The notes under the pieces are model-generated. The model made no database searches. It was not told where the DNA came from and worked only from the letters and a program-made list of their open reading frames with translations. From Eubacteriales bacterium (GTDB taxonomy: Bacteria > Bacillota > Clostridia > Oscillospirales > CAG-272): a stretch of DNA of 60,737 nucleotides. The translations under genes and the position numbers were made by a program. This document shows positions 43,374 through 54,218 of the stretch, one piece after another (within the stretch, counting starts at the first letter, position 1; every line of letters starts with the position of its first letter). The stretch is taken from contig JAZSHF010000072.1 in NCBI GenBank assembly GCA_045533115.1, positions 1 through 60,737 on the forward strand. Reading direction: 5' to 3'.

Positions 43374-45208
43374 GTTCTTTCACCTCCAAGCTTGTTCGCT
43401 CCGCAGCCGGAGCATTTTTCACGGCAGTTCGGCGTCGTCTTCGACTCAAACGCCTTTTTCCATTCGCGAAGGAAAAACTCCTTCGTTACTCCGCAGTCGA
43501 TAATATCCCACGGCAGAACCTCGTCAAAGCCGAACTGTCTGTTCGCATAGAAGCTCGGATCAATTCCGACGTTTTCAAACGCCTTGAGCCAATTTTCGTA
43601 AGAGAAATGCTCGTCCCAGCCGTCGAACTTCTGACCGAGCTTGTGTGCCTCGATAAGTGCGGCGGAGAGCTTTCTGTTTCCGCGCGCAAACACCGCTTCA
43701 ATTCGACTGACCTTCGCCTCGTGCCAGTTGTAGCGTATATGCTTTTTAGACTTGACCTTTTCAAGCAGGTGATCCTGCTTCATCATAAGAGTTTCAAGGG
43801 TATCCTGTCCAAACCACTGGAACGACGTAAAGGGCTTCGGAACGAAGCAAGAAACGCTCGCAGTAACGGTAGGATGTCTTCCCTTCACGCGATTGGGATT
43901 TTTGTAGAACTCGTCCTCAACCTTAAGAGCAAGGTCGGCAATTCCGTCAATATCGTCAAGCGTCTCGGTCGGCAGACCGTTCATAAAGTAGAGCTTGACC
44001 GAAGTCTTCCCTGCCTCAAATGCGGTACGGCAGGCTTTAAGCAGATCCTCTTCGCATACGTTTTTGTTAATAGCATCGCGCAGACGCTGTGTTCCCGCCT
44101 CGGGCGCAAAGGTAATACCGCCGGTACGAACCGTCGATATCTTATCCATAAGCTCCTTTGTGAAGCTGTCTATACGAAGGGACGGAAGCGACAGGCTGAC
44201 ATTGCTCTCGTTCGTCCATTCAAGCAGCTTATCTGTAAGCTCCGTAAGATGCGAATAGTCACTTATACTTAACGACGAAAGGGATATTTCGTCGAAGCCC
44301 GTGTTTTCATACAAGCACTTCGCTTGCTCGTTCAGCACGTCGGGAGTCTTATCTCGAACAGGGCGGAAGATGATTCCCGCCTGACAGAAGCGGCATCCGC
44401 GGATACAGCCGCGGTAGACCTCAAGAACGATCCTGTCGTGAACCGTCTCAATATACGGCATAATGAGCTTATCGGGGAAATAGCTCTTGTCCATGTCCTT
44501 GATAATGCGCTTTACGATCTTAGTCGGTATATCGTCATATTTGGGAGTATACGCGTTTATGGTTCCGTCCTCATTATAAGTGACCTCGTAAAGCGACGGA
44601 ACGTAAAATCCGGGGAGCTTCGCAAGCTCGTGAAGGAATTTTTCCTTATTATAGCTTCCCTCGTCCTTCATTTTAATATAAAGACGGGTCATCTCTGGAA
44701 GCGCTTCCTCGCCCTCTCCGATACTGAAGGCATCGAAGAAATCGGCACCCGGCTCGGCGTTATAGGCACAAGGGCCGCCGCCGACGATTATCGGAAAGCT
44801 GTCGTCACGCTCCGACGCGAGAAGCGGAATGTTGCCCAGTTCAAGCATATTGAGAACGTTCGTATATGAAAGCTCGTACTGGAGCGTGAACGCAACGAAA
44901 TCAAAATCGCTTATAGGATCGCGGCTTTCGTGTGCGAAAAGGGGGATATTATTCTCCCGCATCTTCTCTTCCATATCGTCCCAGGGCGCATAAACTCTTT
45001 CGCACCAGACGTCGTTTTCGAGGTTAAGAGCACCGTAAAGAAGGCGCACGCCGAGATTTGACATTCCTATCTCGTAGGTGTCGGGGAAGCAAAATGCAAC
45101 TCTGCATTTGACATCGTCTTTATTTTTGATTATCTGCCCGTACTCGCCGCCGGTATATCTGCCCGGCTTCAGCACCTGCTTGAGTATCGAGCGCATTTTT
45201 TTATCCAT
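43355..45208 (-). CDS. TIGR03960-family B12-binding-domain radical SAM protein
   Basis: 617 aa with the CxxxCxxC motif CIRGCRFCQAG. Confidence 0.85.
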   Translation of the reverse strand: MDKKMRSILKQVLKPGRYTGGEYGQIIKNKDDVKCRVAFCFPDTYEIGMSNLGVRLLYGALNLENDVWCERVYAPWDDMEEKMRENNIPLFAHESRDPISDFDFVAFTLQYELSYTNVLNMLELGNIPLLASERDDSFPIIVGGGPCAYNAEPGADFFDAFSIGEGEEALPEMTRLYIKMKDEGSYNKEKFLHELAKLPGFYVPSLYEVTYNEDGTINAYTPKYDDIPTKIVKRIIKDMDKSYFPDKLIMPYIETVHDRIVLEVYRGCIRGCRFCQAGIIFRPVRDKTPDVLNEQAKCLYENTGFDEISLSSLSISDYSHLTELTDKLLEWTNESNVSLSLPSLRIDSFTKELMDKISTVRTGGITFAPEAGTQRLRDAINKNVCEEDLLKACRTAFEAGKTSVKLYFMNGLPTETLDDIDGIADLALKVEDEFYKNPNRVKGRHPTVTASVSCFVPKPFTSFQWFGQDTLETLMMKQDHLLEKVKSKKHIRYNWHEAKVSRIEAVFARGNRKLSAALIEAHKLGQKFDGWDEHFSYENWLKAFENVGIDPSFYANRQFGFDEVLPWDIIDCGVTKEFFLREWKKAFESKTTPNCREKCSGCGANKLGGERTCCPML

Positions 45209-45265
45209 CGTTCATACCTTTCAAAATCCGCAAAAATGCAGTCTTTCGACTGCATTTTGATTAGG

Positions 45266-48200
45266 TTACATTAACAAAAATCTCGAAACAAGATATACAG
45301 ACGCAAGCCAGAAAAGCTGATAAAGAGCAACGTAGACTGAGCTTACCGCCATTATCGAGCCGAGGAATGCAACGACTCCCGTAACAGCGAGACCGCCTAT
45401 TATAGAAAGAGCAGATATAATAATGTTTGTCTTGGTCACGTGCTTCGTCTTATCGCACATCGTGAAGGCGCGGAGAAGTGCCTTTACCGATTTTTTTGAA
45501 ACGACGCCGCTGTCGGTGCGGTCGCTTCCGCGGCTTCTGTCGTTTATGTCATCGTATTTCAGAACGCGAACAGGATATTTAGTCAAACGGATTCTCGTGC
45601 TGAGCATCTCGTCGTTAATATTAGGGTCAACGGTCTTTATTCCGACGCAGATACCCGACTTGTAGAGATTTTTAAGCGTCATCTCAAACTCGGGATCAAT
45701 ACGGTAGCGAACGTAGAATTTTGCCACGACCTCATCGTCGCATACAAGGAAAAGAATGCTGATATCTCCGCCCTCGATCTCCTCGTCCTCGGGATCGGTA
45801 ACGGGAAGGTATCCGTTATGACGGAGATAATCCGCCTTGCCGGCATAAAGGTGATGCCCGTCAACGACGGTCTCGATTCCGTCCGCATCTATCGATATAA
45901 CCTCTACGTTCTGCGAGCGTCCGATATCGGCTGTCGCAACGTTAAGCACGTCTGAAAGCGGTCCGCCGATGCAGGAATAAACGCTTGCCATATAGTATAT
46001 AGCAGTGTCAAGGCGTCCCTGTCCGAACACCTTTATCGAGCGAAGCTTAACGCCCGATGTCGGGAACACCTCCCTGTCGTCAAAGCTTATCGAGGAAGCT
46101 GAGGTGTACTCGTCGAGCGCACCCTCACCGACAATAGCACTTCCGTCATCGTAAGAAACCTTTGACGCGCGGAACATTGGCAAGCTAAACGCAAAGAATG
46201 AGGTCGCGGGAAGCGCAAAGGCAAACGCCGCATATCCTGTCGACATCGCTGTCGGGAAATCCTTATTAGCAACCGCGCCAATTATAATTCCGAACACAAA
46301 AGCAACAATCGTTGCGGGAATGAAGGCGTTAAGAACGCTTTTCACCGAGGAATATTCACCCGTGCGGCGGAAATATCCGTCGATAAACGCAGTCTTGTTG
46401 ATACGGAATATATCGGGTTGACTCGGAAGGTACTTATCAAACGCCTTCGTTTCAAGCTCGGCGTCGATAATGTCAAGCTTTTCAAGAGCAAACTTGCTTC
46501 TCTTTGAGGATATGATCCTGAAGGTCATTATCTCGCGGCGAAGATCAAGACGTTTTCCGAGCGCATAGAACAGAAGCGCGAGTGCCATCGGGAAATGGAA
46601 TCCGATGATCGTGCTTCCCGCTCCGAAGAAGCAGGCAACGACCGAATAAATTACCGAAATACCAAGCATAACGGGAATAATGCTTTCAACCGTCACATTT
46701 TTGTTTATCAGGTTCTTGAACCCGAAAACGATTTCCTTATACAGAACGGCAAATCCGATAACGAGAAGCTGAAGCCCCGTCATAATATGTACCACGGGAT
46801 AGAATTCGGGGTTGAACACGTCAAGCAGCTTACCGCCGAAAATTCCAATATTCTCATAGAAGAACAGGAGCAGGCTGACTATCGCGAGAACGAATATCTT
46901 GATAGCACTCTTGCCGTACTCTGTCTTGTAGTTTTCAAAAATACCCTTGATTTCGGCAGGAGATACAAATTCCTTTATAGGCTCCTTAACTTCCTCCGCC
47001 TTCGGCTTTTCCTTTGCAGGCTCATCGTCGGGAATAAGCTCGTCCGTGCTTTCGCGAAGCTTGTCTGCCGATTCCTTACCGATAGCGGCATCAAGCTCCT
47101 CGTCCATACCGAAGGCAACCATAAGGTTCGCGTCGATCTCGTCGAAGCCGTTTTCGTCAATTTCTCCGACGTACTCGCTGTATTTATCAACATCTGTCGT
47201 CACAAGAGCTTCATCCTCTGACACGGCAGCAACCGCATCAATATCTGCCTCTGCTTCGCTTTCAGGCTCAAGCTCATTTTCCGCTTCGTCCGTCCCGTCG
47301 AGAGCTTCAAGCTCGCTTACCTCTTCAAGCTCCTCGCTCTCAGAAAGCTCTTCAAGCGATTCGAGCTCATCAAGCTCTTCGGCTTCTTCGACCTCATTAA
47401 ACTCCTCAAGATATTCGTCGTCATGGCTATCCTCAGGCGCTTCGTCAGAAGCCTCATCCTCAGGCTCGCCTTCCTCGGGCGCACCGTAAACGTCGTCAAA
47501 CACCGATTCGTCAAGAGAAAGATCGTCATCGGAGAAGATCTCTTCAAGCGACGAAATATCGGTATCGCGCTCATCTTTGGTCTCCTCTTCAGGCTTCTTT
47601 TCTTGCTCTTCGTCCGTGGAAAAAGCGGTAACTATTGTGTCGTCAATGTCCTCGTCGTCTTCAGCTTCGGTAGAAAGGAGCGCCTCACTTATAGCCGTAA
47701 AGGTGAGAGTGTCGCCTTCGCCGCCTTCATTGTCGAAAAGGTTGATCGCTATCTCAACGGTATTCGAAGGGTCAAGAGCAACCGTATCGTCAGCCGAAAC
47801 GATTTCTTCCTTGTCTTCGTCCTCAATCGGCGCGTTCTGAGCGGCAAGGATCTCGCGCACCGACACAAATCCGCCCTCGTCATCGTCCGATACGTAAGCG
47901 ATAGTCTTTTCAATATCGGTCATCGGGCGAAGCGGTGCAGGCATCGTATCAGCCATACTGTCATACTTATCAAGAGCGTCAAGCTCGGGAACGTCGCAAA
48001 CCTTTCCGCCCTCGCTCAGACGATTATAAAGCTCCTCGTCTGGTGCCGTGAAGCCCTTTGCATCCTCGGCATCCGGCTCGGCAGTACTTCTCTCGGTCAT
48101 TTTCTCGGGAATCTCTATCGAAGAAAGCGTCTGCACGAATTCTTCCTCGATCTCAACGCTCTCCGATTTCTCGGTCATTCTCTTATAATCCTCCTCGGGG

Positions 48201-48463
48201 AGGTACTTCTTCATCAGCTCGTCTATATCGAGGTCCTCGATTTCAGATTTCGACACGGGGCTTTCAAATCTGTAATCGCTGTTATCGGGCATATGAGCTC
48301 TTATATCCTGTTCTGACACTGACGGCGTGATCTTTCCCGAGCGGCGGAACTTATACTTCTTTCCGGTAACGCTCTTTTCCTCGGTCTCGCCCTCTGCCAT
48401 ATTCGCTTTAAGTTGAGCAAGCAGCTCGTCTGCAGATATATCGGAATTGTGCTTGTTGTCCAT
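45266..48463 (-). CDS. Large membrane protein: ~500-aa highly acidic N-terminal region plus a degenerate P-type-ATPase-like C-terminal half
   Basis: The ATG at 48463 follows AAAGGGG. Residues ~100-500 are extremely Asp/Glu-rich. The C-terminal half has about 8 TM helices and segments aligning by eye to P1B-ATPase landmarks, but with the catalytic motifs altered (see finding). Confidence 0.6.
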   Translation of the reverse strand: MDNKHNSDISADELLAQLKANMAEGETEEKSVTGKKYKFRRSGKITPSVSEQDIRAHMPDNSDYRFESPVSKSEIEDLDIDELMKKYLPEEDYKRMTEKSESVEIEEEFVQTLSSIEIPEKMTERSTAEPDAEDAKGFTAPDEELYNRLSEGGKVCDVPELDALDKYDSMADTMPAPLRPMTDIEKTIAYVSDDDEGGFVSVREILAAQNAPIEDEDKEEIVSADDTVALDPSNTVEIAINLFDNEGGEGDTLTFTAISEALLSTEAEDDEDIDDTIVTAFSTDEEQEKKPEEETKDERDTDISSLEEIFSDDDLSLDESVFDDVYGAPEEGEPEDEASDEAPEDSHDDEYLEEFNEVEEAEELDELESLEELSESEELEEVSELEALDGTDEAENELEPESEAEADIDAVAAVSEDEALVTTDVDKYSEYVGEIDENGFDEIDANLMVAFGMDEELDAAIGKESADKLRESTDELIPDDEPAKEKPKAEEVKEPIKEFVSPAEIKGIFENYKTEYGKSAIKIFVLAIVSLLLFFYENIGIFGGKLLDVFNPEFYPVVHIMTGLQLLVIGFAVLYKEIVFGFKNLINKNVTVESIIPVMLGISVIYSVVACFFGAGSTIIGFHFPMALALLFYALGKRLDLRREIMTFRIISSKRSKFALEKLDIIDAELETKAFDKYLPSQPDIFRINKTAFIDGYFRRTGEYSSVKSVLNAFIPATIVAFVFGIIIGAVANKDFPTAMSTGYAAFAFALPATSFFAFSLPMFRASKVSYDDGSAIVGEGALDEYTSASSISFDDREVFPTSGVKLRSIKVFGQGRLDTAIYYMASVYSCIGGPLSDVLNVATADIGRSQNVEVISIDADGIETVVDGHHLYAGKADYLRHNGYLPVTDPEDEEIEGGDISILFLVCDDEVVAKFYVRYRIDPEFEMTLKNLYKSGICVGIKTVDPNINDEMLSTRIRLTKYPVRVLKYDDINDRSRGSDRTDSGVVSKKSVKALLRAFTMCDKTKHVTKTNIIISALSIIGGLAVTGVVAFLGSIMAVSSVYVALYQLFWLASVYLVSRFLLM

Positions 48464-48480
48464 TTTTCCGCACCCCTTTC

Positions 48481-49296
48481 TTACTTGCCAAGGTTTCTCT
48501 GCCTTGCGGCTTCGCAAAGAATGACCGCACCGGCTGTTGAAACGTTGAGAGAATTTATGCTTCCATACATTGGAATTGAAATTATGTAATCGCTTTTGTC
48601 TTTAAGCAACCGCGAAACTCCAAAGCCCTCGCTCCCGAGTATTATTGCCGCGGCACAGGTCATATCGGTATCAAAGTGAGGACTTCCGCCCGCCTCGGCG
48701 GCAAATATCCACAGTCCTTTGTCCTTGAGCTCGTCGACGGTCTGTGCAAGGTTCGTCACCTTTGCAACCGGAACGTACTCAACAGCGCCCGCCGATGCAC
48801 GTCCGACCGCCTCGGTAAGCCCGACGGCGCGTCTTTTCGGAATTATCACTCCGTGCGCTCCGCTGCACTCTGCAACACGCAGAAGCGCACCGAGGTTTTG
48901 CGGATCCTCGACTCCGTCGGCAATTATAATAAGCGGCTTTTCGCCCTTATTTTTCGCATTTTCCAGTATCTCATCGACCGAAACGTAATCCTTGAGCGCC
49001 GCCGACGCGATAACGCCCTGATGCGCCTGACCGCCCGACATATTGTCGAGCTTGGTTCCCTCGACCTCGATGACGGGTATATTACGTCGTATCGCCTCGG
49101 AAACGATAACGGTTATAGATCCCGTTCTCTCGCCTTTTTTTACATAGACCTTATCGACGTCGCGTCCGCTTTTGAGAAGCTCCGAAACGGCATTTCTGCC
49201 GATAACGTATGAACCGGAAAGCGGCTTTCTTTCCTGAGGAAGGCGCTCAAAATTACGGCGGTCGTTATTTCTTTTTTTGTCGTATCTTTTTTCCAT
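48481..49296 (-). CDS. rlmB: 23S rRNA (guanosine-2'-O)-methyltransferase RlmB (SpoU/TrmH family)
   Basis: 271 aa. It has a basic N-terminus, a SpoU substrate-binding-like region and a C-terminal SpoU methylase fold (LGSEGFGVS, IPMYGSINSLNVS). Confidence 0.85.
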   Translation of the reverse strand: MEKRYDKKRNNDRRNFERLPQERKPLSGSYVIGRNAVSELLKSGRDVDKVYVKKGERTGSITVIVSEAIRRNIPVIEVEGTKLDNMSGGQAHQGVIASAALKDYVSVDEILENAKNKGEKPLIIIADGVEDPQNLGALLRVAECSGAHGVIIPKRRAVGLTEAVGRASAGAVEYVPVAKVTNLAQTVDELKDKGLWIFAAEAGGSPHFDTDMTCAAAIILGSEGFGVSRLLKDKSDYIISIPMYGSINSLNVSTAGAVILCEAARQRNLGK

Positions 49297-49384
49297 AACC
49301 TATATCCGTTCGTGATCGCATAGTTATACATTGTTTATTATATCACAAAAAAATTCCTTTGTATATAATTTTTTCAAAAAATTA

Positions 49385-49418
49385 ATAAAAAAGCAGAGAA
49401 ATTTGCCATTTCTCTGCT
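49385..49418 (-). terminator. clpX terminator (bidirectional hairpin)
   Basis: agcagagaaat-ttgcc-atttctctgct flanked by A/T runs. Confidence 0.8.
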
Positions 49419-49423
49419 TTTTA

Positions 49424-50701
49424 TCACTTTGTAATCAACTTGGGAGAGACGCCCTTAGCGACGGTATCCGCGGTAATAACGACCTCGGAAATATCGTTCC
49501 TTCCGGGTAGCTCGTACATTATATCGAGAAGAACGTTCTCAACTATCGAACGAAGACCTCTTGCTCCCGTTTTAAGCTCGATCGCTTTGTCGGCGATTTT
49601 CTCAAGTGCGCCGTCGGTAAAGCGAAGCTCGACGTTATCCATCGTAAAAAGCTTCTTATACTGCTTCGTAATTGCGTTTTTCGGCTCACGAAGGATCTTT
49701 ACGAGCGCATCGCGATCGAGATTTTTAAGCGCAACTATAACGGGAATTCGTCCGACAAGCTCGGGAATGATACCGTACTTTACGATATCGTGTGGCGTTA
49801 CGTCCTTGAACAGATCGACCTTATCCTTCTGCGCCTTGGTCAAAACCTCGCTCGAGAATCCGATGCTCTGCTTATCGTGGTTTACTCTCTTGCTTATGGT
49901 CTCGTCAAGCTTATCAAACGCACCGCCGCAAATAAAGAGAATATTCTCGGTATTTATCTGAATAAACTCCTGATTCGGGTGCTTCCTGCCGCCCTGCGGA
50001 GGAACATTGGATACCGTTCCCTCAAGAATTTTCAGAAGCGCCTGCTGAACGCCCTCTCCCGAAACGTCACGCGTGATCGAACGGTTCTCACTCTTGCGGG
50101 AGATCTTATCGATCTCGTCGATATAGATGATTCCCTTCTCTGCCTTCTCGATATCGAAGTCAGCCGCCTGAATGAGTCGGAGAAGAATGTTCTCAACGTC
50201 CTCACCGACGTATCCCGCCTCGGTAAGCGTCGTCGCATCAGCTATTGCGAAAGGCACTTTAAGGGTCTTCGCAAGCGTCTGTGCAAGAAAAGTCTTACCG
50301 ACACCCGTCGGTCCGATAAGAAGCACGTTGCTCTTCTGTATCTCAACGCCGTCAGCATTATCCTTTTTCTGGAGTATTCTCTTGTAGTGGTTATATACTG
50401 CGACCGAAAGCGTCTTTTTCGCATCGTCCTGTCCGATAACGTATTCGTCAAGGACCGCCTTAAGCTCCGACGGCTTCGGCAGAGTTTCAAGCGAAAGCTC
50501 ACCCTTTTCACCCTTGCCCGCCTTTTTACCGTTACGGCTTATGCCGAAATGCTCATCGACGAGGCGGTTACAGCCGTCAAGACACTTATCGCAGATATAA
50601 AGCCCCGTTGGCGATGGAATAAGGTACTGAACCTCGTCCTCGCGGCGTCCGCAATAATCGCAATAAACGTGATTATCGGTGTTGTGATCGTTATTTGCCA
50701 T
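49424..50701 (-). CDS. clpX: ATP-dependent Clp protease ATP-binding subunit ClpX
   Basis: N-terminal zinc ribbon (CDYCGR...CDKC), Walker A GPTGVGKT, and IYIDEIDK. Confidence 0.97.
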   Translation of the reverse strand: MANNDHNTDNHVYCDYCGRREDEVQYLIPSPTGLYICDKCLDGCNRLVDEHFGISRNGKKAGKGEKGELSLETLPKPSELKAVLDEYVIGQDDAKKTLSVAVYNHYKRILQKKDNADGVEIQKSNVLLIGPTGVGKTFLAQTLAKTLKVPFAIADATTLTEAGYVGEDVENILLRLIQAADFDIEKAEKGIIYIDEIDKISRKSENRSITRDVSGEGVQQALLKILEGTVSNVPPQGGRKHPNQEFIQINTENILFICGGAFDKLDETISKRVNHDKQSIGFSSEVLTKAQKDKVDLFKDVTPHDIVKYGIIPELVGRIPVIVALKNLDRDALVKILREPKNAITKQYKKLFTMDNVELRFTDGALEKIADKAIELKTGARGLRSIVENVLLDIMYELPGRNDISEVVITADTVAKGVSPKLITK

Positions 50702-50703
50702 TA

Positions 50704-51288
50704 TCAGTCTCTCTTTTCGATAACTCTGTCAATAAGTCCGTATTCGAGTGCTGCTTCTGCCGAAAGGAAATTATCGCGGTCTGTATCGCGCTCGATCTCC
50801 TCTATGCTCTTTCCGGTGTTCTTTGCAAGTATCTTATTCAGCTTTTCTCTCGTTGCGAGAATATGATCTGCGTGGATCTTAATGTCCGACGCCTGACCCT
50901 TCATTCCGCCGAGGGGCTGATGGATCATTATCTCGCTGTTCGGGAGTGCAAGGCGCTTGCCCTTTGCGCCCGCAGAAAGCAGGAACGCGCCCATGCTTGC
51001 CGCCATTCCGACGCAAATGGTCGAAACGTCGCACTTGATGAAGTTCATCGTATCGTATATAGCAAGTCCTGCCGAAACGGAGCCGCCGGGACTGTTGATA
51101 TAAAGACAGATGTCCTTATCGGGATCCTGCGCTTCAAGGAAAAGAAGCTGTGCTATAACGAGCGACGCAGTCACGTCGTTTACCTCGTCGGAAAGGAATA
51201 TGATCCTGTCGTTAAGCAGGCGGGAGTATATATCGTATGCTCTTTCGCCTCTGTTTGTCTGTTCAACTACGGTTGGTACGAGTGCCAT
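50704..51288 (-). CDS. clpP: ATP-dependent Clp protease proteolytic subunit ClpP
   Basis: [22 protein letters not shown] and the GMAASMGA catalytic Ser context. The ATG at 51288 follows AGGAGG. Confidence 0.97.
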   Translation of the reverse strand: MALVPTVVEQTNRGERAYDIYSRLLNDRIIFLSDEVNDVTASLVIAQLLFLEAQDPDKDICLYINSPGGSVSAGLAIYDTMNFIKCDVSTICVGMAASMGAFLLSAGAKGKRLALPNSEIMIHQPLGGMKGQASDIKIHADHILATREKLNKILAKNTGKSIEEIERDTDRDNFLSAEAALEYGLIDRVIEKRD

Positions 51289-51344
51289 AAATTTCCTCCT
51301 ATAAATCCGTGCGGAAAGCACTGTTATATGCTTTCCGCGCGTTG

Positions 51345-51986
51345 TCAGTATGAACGAATGAAGTTTGCTATGCGCTCGGAAAGAAGAACGTGTCCCGCGT
51401 CGTTCGGATGAAGTCCGTCGGGCATATATTTTTCTCTCTGCGCGTCAATCGACGGCTGAATGCCGTACGTTGCAAAAAGATCGATAACGGGAAGCGAGTA
51501 ATAATGCGCTACCTCTCTTATCATCTCGGCATAATCGGAAAGAATCTTTCCCTTTCTGTCGGGCTGATTCTCCGTCAAGCGGTGAATAGGAGTGCAAACG
51601 AATATTCTCGCAAACGGATATTCCGTCATAAGGTATGTGTAAAGATAATGAAGCGCGCCGTAAAAGGTATCAGGAGTTCTATCGGACATTTCTCCGATCG
51701 GTGCGTCACCGTGACCGAAGTCGTTTGTTCCGCCGAAGACCACGATAGCGTCTGCGTCTCTGTCCATCTCTTCAGCTCTCATCGGAAAGTCAAGATCGCG
51801 ACGCGGATTCTCGGACGACGCCACCTGCTTTGCAAGTCGCGTTCCACTGACACCGTAGTTACGGGCGGCAGCGAGACCGAAACGCTCTTTCATTAGCTGA
51901 TGAAAAGTTTTGCTCGCATCGGTACAGCCATAGCCCTCAGTGATACTGTCTCCGAGGAAGTTTATCTTCTTACCTTTAAGCTCCAT
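51345..51986 (-). CDS. SGNH/GDSL hydrolase family protein
   Basis: Block [10 protein letters not shown], block III GGTNDF and block [11 protein letters not shown]. Confidence 0.85.
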   Translation of the reverse strand: MELKGKKINFLGDSITEGYGCTDASKTFHQLMKERFGLAAARNYGVSGTRLAKQVASSENPRRDLDFPMRAEEMDRDADAIVVFGGTNDFGHGDAPIGEMSDRTPDTFYGALHYLYTYLMTEYPFARIFVCTPIHRLTENQPDRKGKILSDYAEMIREVAHYYSLPVIDLFATYGIQPSIDAQREKYMPDGLHPNDAGHVLLSERIANFIRSY

Positions 51987-51987
51987 A

Positions 51988-53343
51988 TTACTCGGTTACT
52001 TCTTCAGCCTTCTCTTCGGTTGTTTCCTCTGCCTTGGGTGCCGCCTTCTTAGCTCTGGGCTTACGGGGCTTGGTGATGGAAGCGTTGCTCTTAACTACCT
52101 CAACAGCCTTCGATACCTTGATATCGTCGGTAATCATATCGGGAGTGATCTGCGCCTTAACCTCTGAAAGCTCGATGCGGTAAGCATCAGCGATCTTCTT
52201 AAGCTCGTTTTCAATTTCCTCGTCGGTTACTTCGATATTCTCGAGAGAAGCGATCTTCTCAAGAGCGAGACGGGTCTTGACTTGCTTTTCAGCGATAGGT
52301 CTGAACTGTTCTCTCATATTATCGAGGGTCATACCGGTATACTTGAGGTAGGTGTTGAGGTCAAGTCCCTGCATTCTGAGACGGTTGTCATAGTCACGAA
52401 CCTGATTTTCGGTCTCGGTTACAAACATTGCCTCGGGAATGTCAGCTTCAAGGTTTTCGATCAGCATATCAATGAGCTTATTCTCTACTTCTCTATCCGC
52501 CTCAGCATTATGTCTCTCTGTGATTTTTGCCTCAACGTCTGCCTTATATTCAGCAAAAGTATCAAAATACGAAACGTCCTTAACGAACTCGTCGTCGAGC
52601 TCGGGAAGCTCATTGAACTTAATTTCGTGAAGAACGGTCTTGAACACTGCTTCCTTACCTGCAAGCTCAGCTGCGTGGTACTCGGTCGGGAAAGTTACGT
52701 TTACGTCGAAAGCGTCACCGGGGTTGTGACCGACGATCTGCTCTTCAAAGCCGGGAATGAACTGACCGGAGCCGAGAGTAAGGTTATACTTCTCGCCCTT
52801 ACCGCCCTCGAAGGGAACGCCGTCAACGGAGCCCTCGTAGTCGATAACTGCGATGTCACCCTCTGCCGCTGCGCGGTCGGTGATGTCAACGGTACGGGAG
52901 TTGCGGGCGCGGACCTGCTCGATCTGCGCGTTTACTTCCTCCTCGGTCGTGGGAGCAACGGTTCTCGTTACCTTATAGCCCTTATATTCCTTAACGGTAA
53001 CCTCGGGCTTGACCGGGAAGGACGCCTTGAGAACAACACCGTTATCGTCAAGAGATACGATATCGAACTCCGCCTGACCTACGGGAGTCTCGCCGCACTC
53101 GGTGATCGCCTCGTCGTATGCCTTGGGGAGAAGCGCGTTAATTGCCTCATCGTAGAATACGCCCTTACCGTACATCTTTTCAACTACGGAACGGGGTGCC
53201 TTACCCTTTCTGAAGCCGGGAACGTTCATGTTCTTAACATTCTTTCTGTATGCGGCCTCGACTGCCTTGTCAAAGCTCTCCTTGTCGATAGCTATTTCAA
53301 GCTCGACCTGATTTCCATTTTTGTTTACGCTTTTCAAGCTCAT
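51988..53343 (-). CDS. tig: Trigger factor
   Basis: 451 aa with GFRKGKAP and an FKBP-type middle domain. It lies upstream of clpP-clpX. Confidence 0.95.
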   Translation of the reverse strand: MSLKSVNKNGNQVELEIAIDKESFDKAVEAAYRKNVKNMNVPGFRKGKAPRSVVEKMYGKGVFYDEAINALLPKAYDEAITECGETPVGQAEFDIVSLDDNGVVLKASFPVKPEVTVKEYKGYKVTRTVAPTTEEEVNAQIEQVRARNSRTVDITDRAAAEGDIAVIDYEGSVDGVPFEGGKGEKYNLTLGSGQFIPGFEEQIVGHNPGDAFDVNVTFPTEYHAAELAGKEAVFKTVLHEIKFNELPELDDEFVKDVSYFDTFAEYKADVEAKITERHNAEADREVENKLIDMLIENLEADIPEAMFVTETENQVRDYDNRLRMQGLDLNTYLKYTGMTLDNMREQFRPIAEKQVKTRLALEKIASLENIEVTDEEIENELKKIADAYRIELSEVKAQITPDMITDDIKVSKAVEVVKSNASITKPRKPRAKKAAPKAEETTEEKAEEVTE

Positions 53344-53379
53344 TTTGTTTTTTCCTCCGATGATATTAATATCCTTATA

Positions 53380-53407
53380 ATTTTACCAAATTTTCGCTTA
53401 TTGTCAA
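53380..53407 (-). promoter_or_regulatory. Sigma-A-type promoter of tig
   Basis: The minus strand reads TTGACA-16 nt-TAAAAT, with a TGg extended -10 at the end of the spacer (TGgTAAAAT). Confidence 0.6.
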
Positions 53408-53432
53408 TAGATTTAGGCGAAAAAGTAGTTAA

Positions 53433-54143
53433 TTAATTGATTTTTAGGGGTACAAAACTCAAATAATCCGATGAAACTATATTCATCTTTATTCCCTCGT
53501 GATCAAACGACCTCGGAATATCGTAAGAATTATGAAGATGTCCGTAGTAGCATCGTTTGATTCCATACGATTTCATCAGAGCGACGAGATCGTCGCTTAC
53601 AAAGTCCTTACATACGGGCGGAAAATGAAAAAATGCGACCTTTTCGTATTTTCCGTCAGGGTCAAGCGCGGCTGCCGCCTTGAAGGACAACTCGGCACGG
53701 ATGACCTCGCGCTTTGAAAGCTTATCGAAATCAGTCCCGTCGGGCGCGCTTTTCGGATCGTAAAACCAACCGCGTGAGCCGCAAACGATAATATCCTCGA
53801 CGAGATGCGCGTTATTGTGAAGAAGCGAGATATTCGTTATTCCCTCTTTTGCGAAATACTCTTTGAGCTTCTTTTCCGACTGCCACCAGAGATCGTGATT
53901 TCCCTTGCCGATTATCTTTTTTCCGTTAAGAGAGGAGATGAGCCTAAGGTCGGGGCCCGCTTCTTCCATGTTCAGTCCCCACGAAATGTCGCCGGGAACA
54001 ATTACGGTGTCATTTCCGCTAACGACCGCGTTCCAGCCGTTTATCAGCTTCGCAGTATAATCGCGCCAGCGGTTACCGAAAATATCCATCGGCTTCGGCA
54101 CGGCTTCAGACAGATGCGTGTCGGCAATAACGTAAACTGCCAA
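53433..54143 (-). CDS. Metallophosphoesterase
   Basis: Motifs VIADTHL, PGDISW, GNHDLWW and GHLH. Confidence 0.85.
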   Translation of the reverse strand: MAVYVIADTHLSEAVPKPMDIFGNRWRDYTAKLINGWNAVVSGNDTVIVPGDISWGLNMEEAGPDLRLISSLNGKKIIGKGNHDLWWQSEKKLKEYFAKEGITNISLLHNNAHLVEDIIVCGSRGWFYDPKSAPDGTDFDKLSKREVIRAELSFKAAAALDPDGKYEKVAFFHFPPVCKDFVSDDLVALMKSYGIKRCYYGHLHNSYDIPRSFDHEGIKMNIVSSDYLSFVPLKIN

Positions 54144-54218
54144 GATCTCCTCCTTCCTCGGTATATTTCAACCGAAAATGCAGATACTTCTAACAACAAA
54201 ACTGAAAGGAATACTACA

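Noticed and set aside
46900-47650. A repetitive-looking stretch (gaagag/ctcgag-like periodicity), considered as a tandem DNA repeat or CRISPR-like array.
   Set aside because: It has no fixed repeat unit or spacer structure. It is the coding sequence for the Asp/Glu-rich region of the 45266-48463 protein, read on the minus strand. The Ser-rich plus-strand ORFs (46947-47489, 47577-47840) are its antisense shadow.
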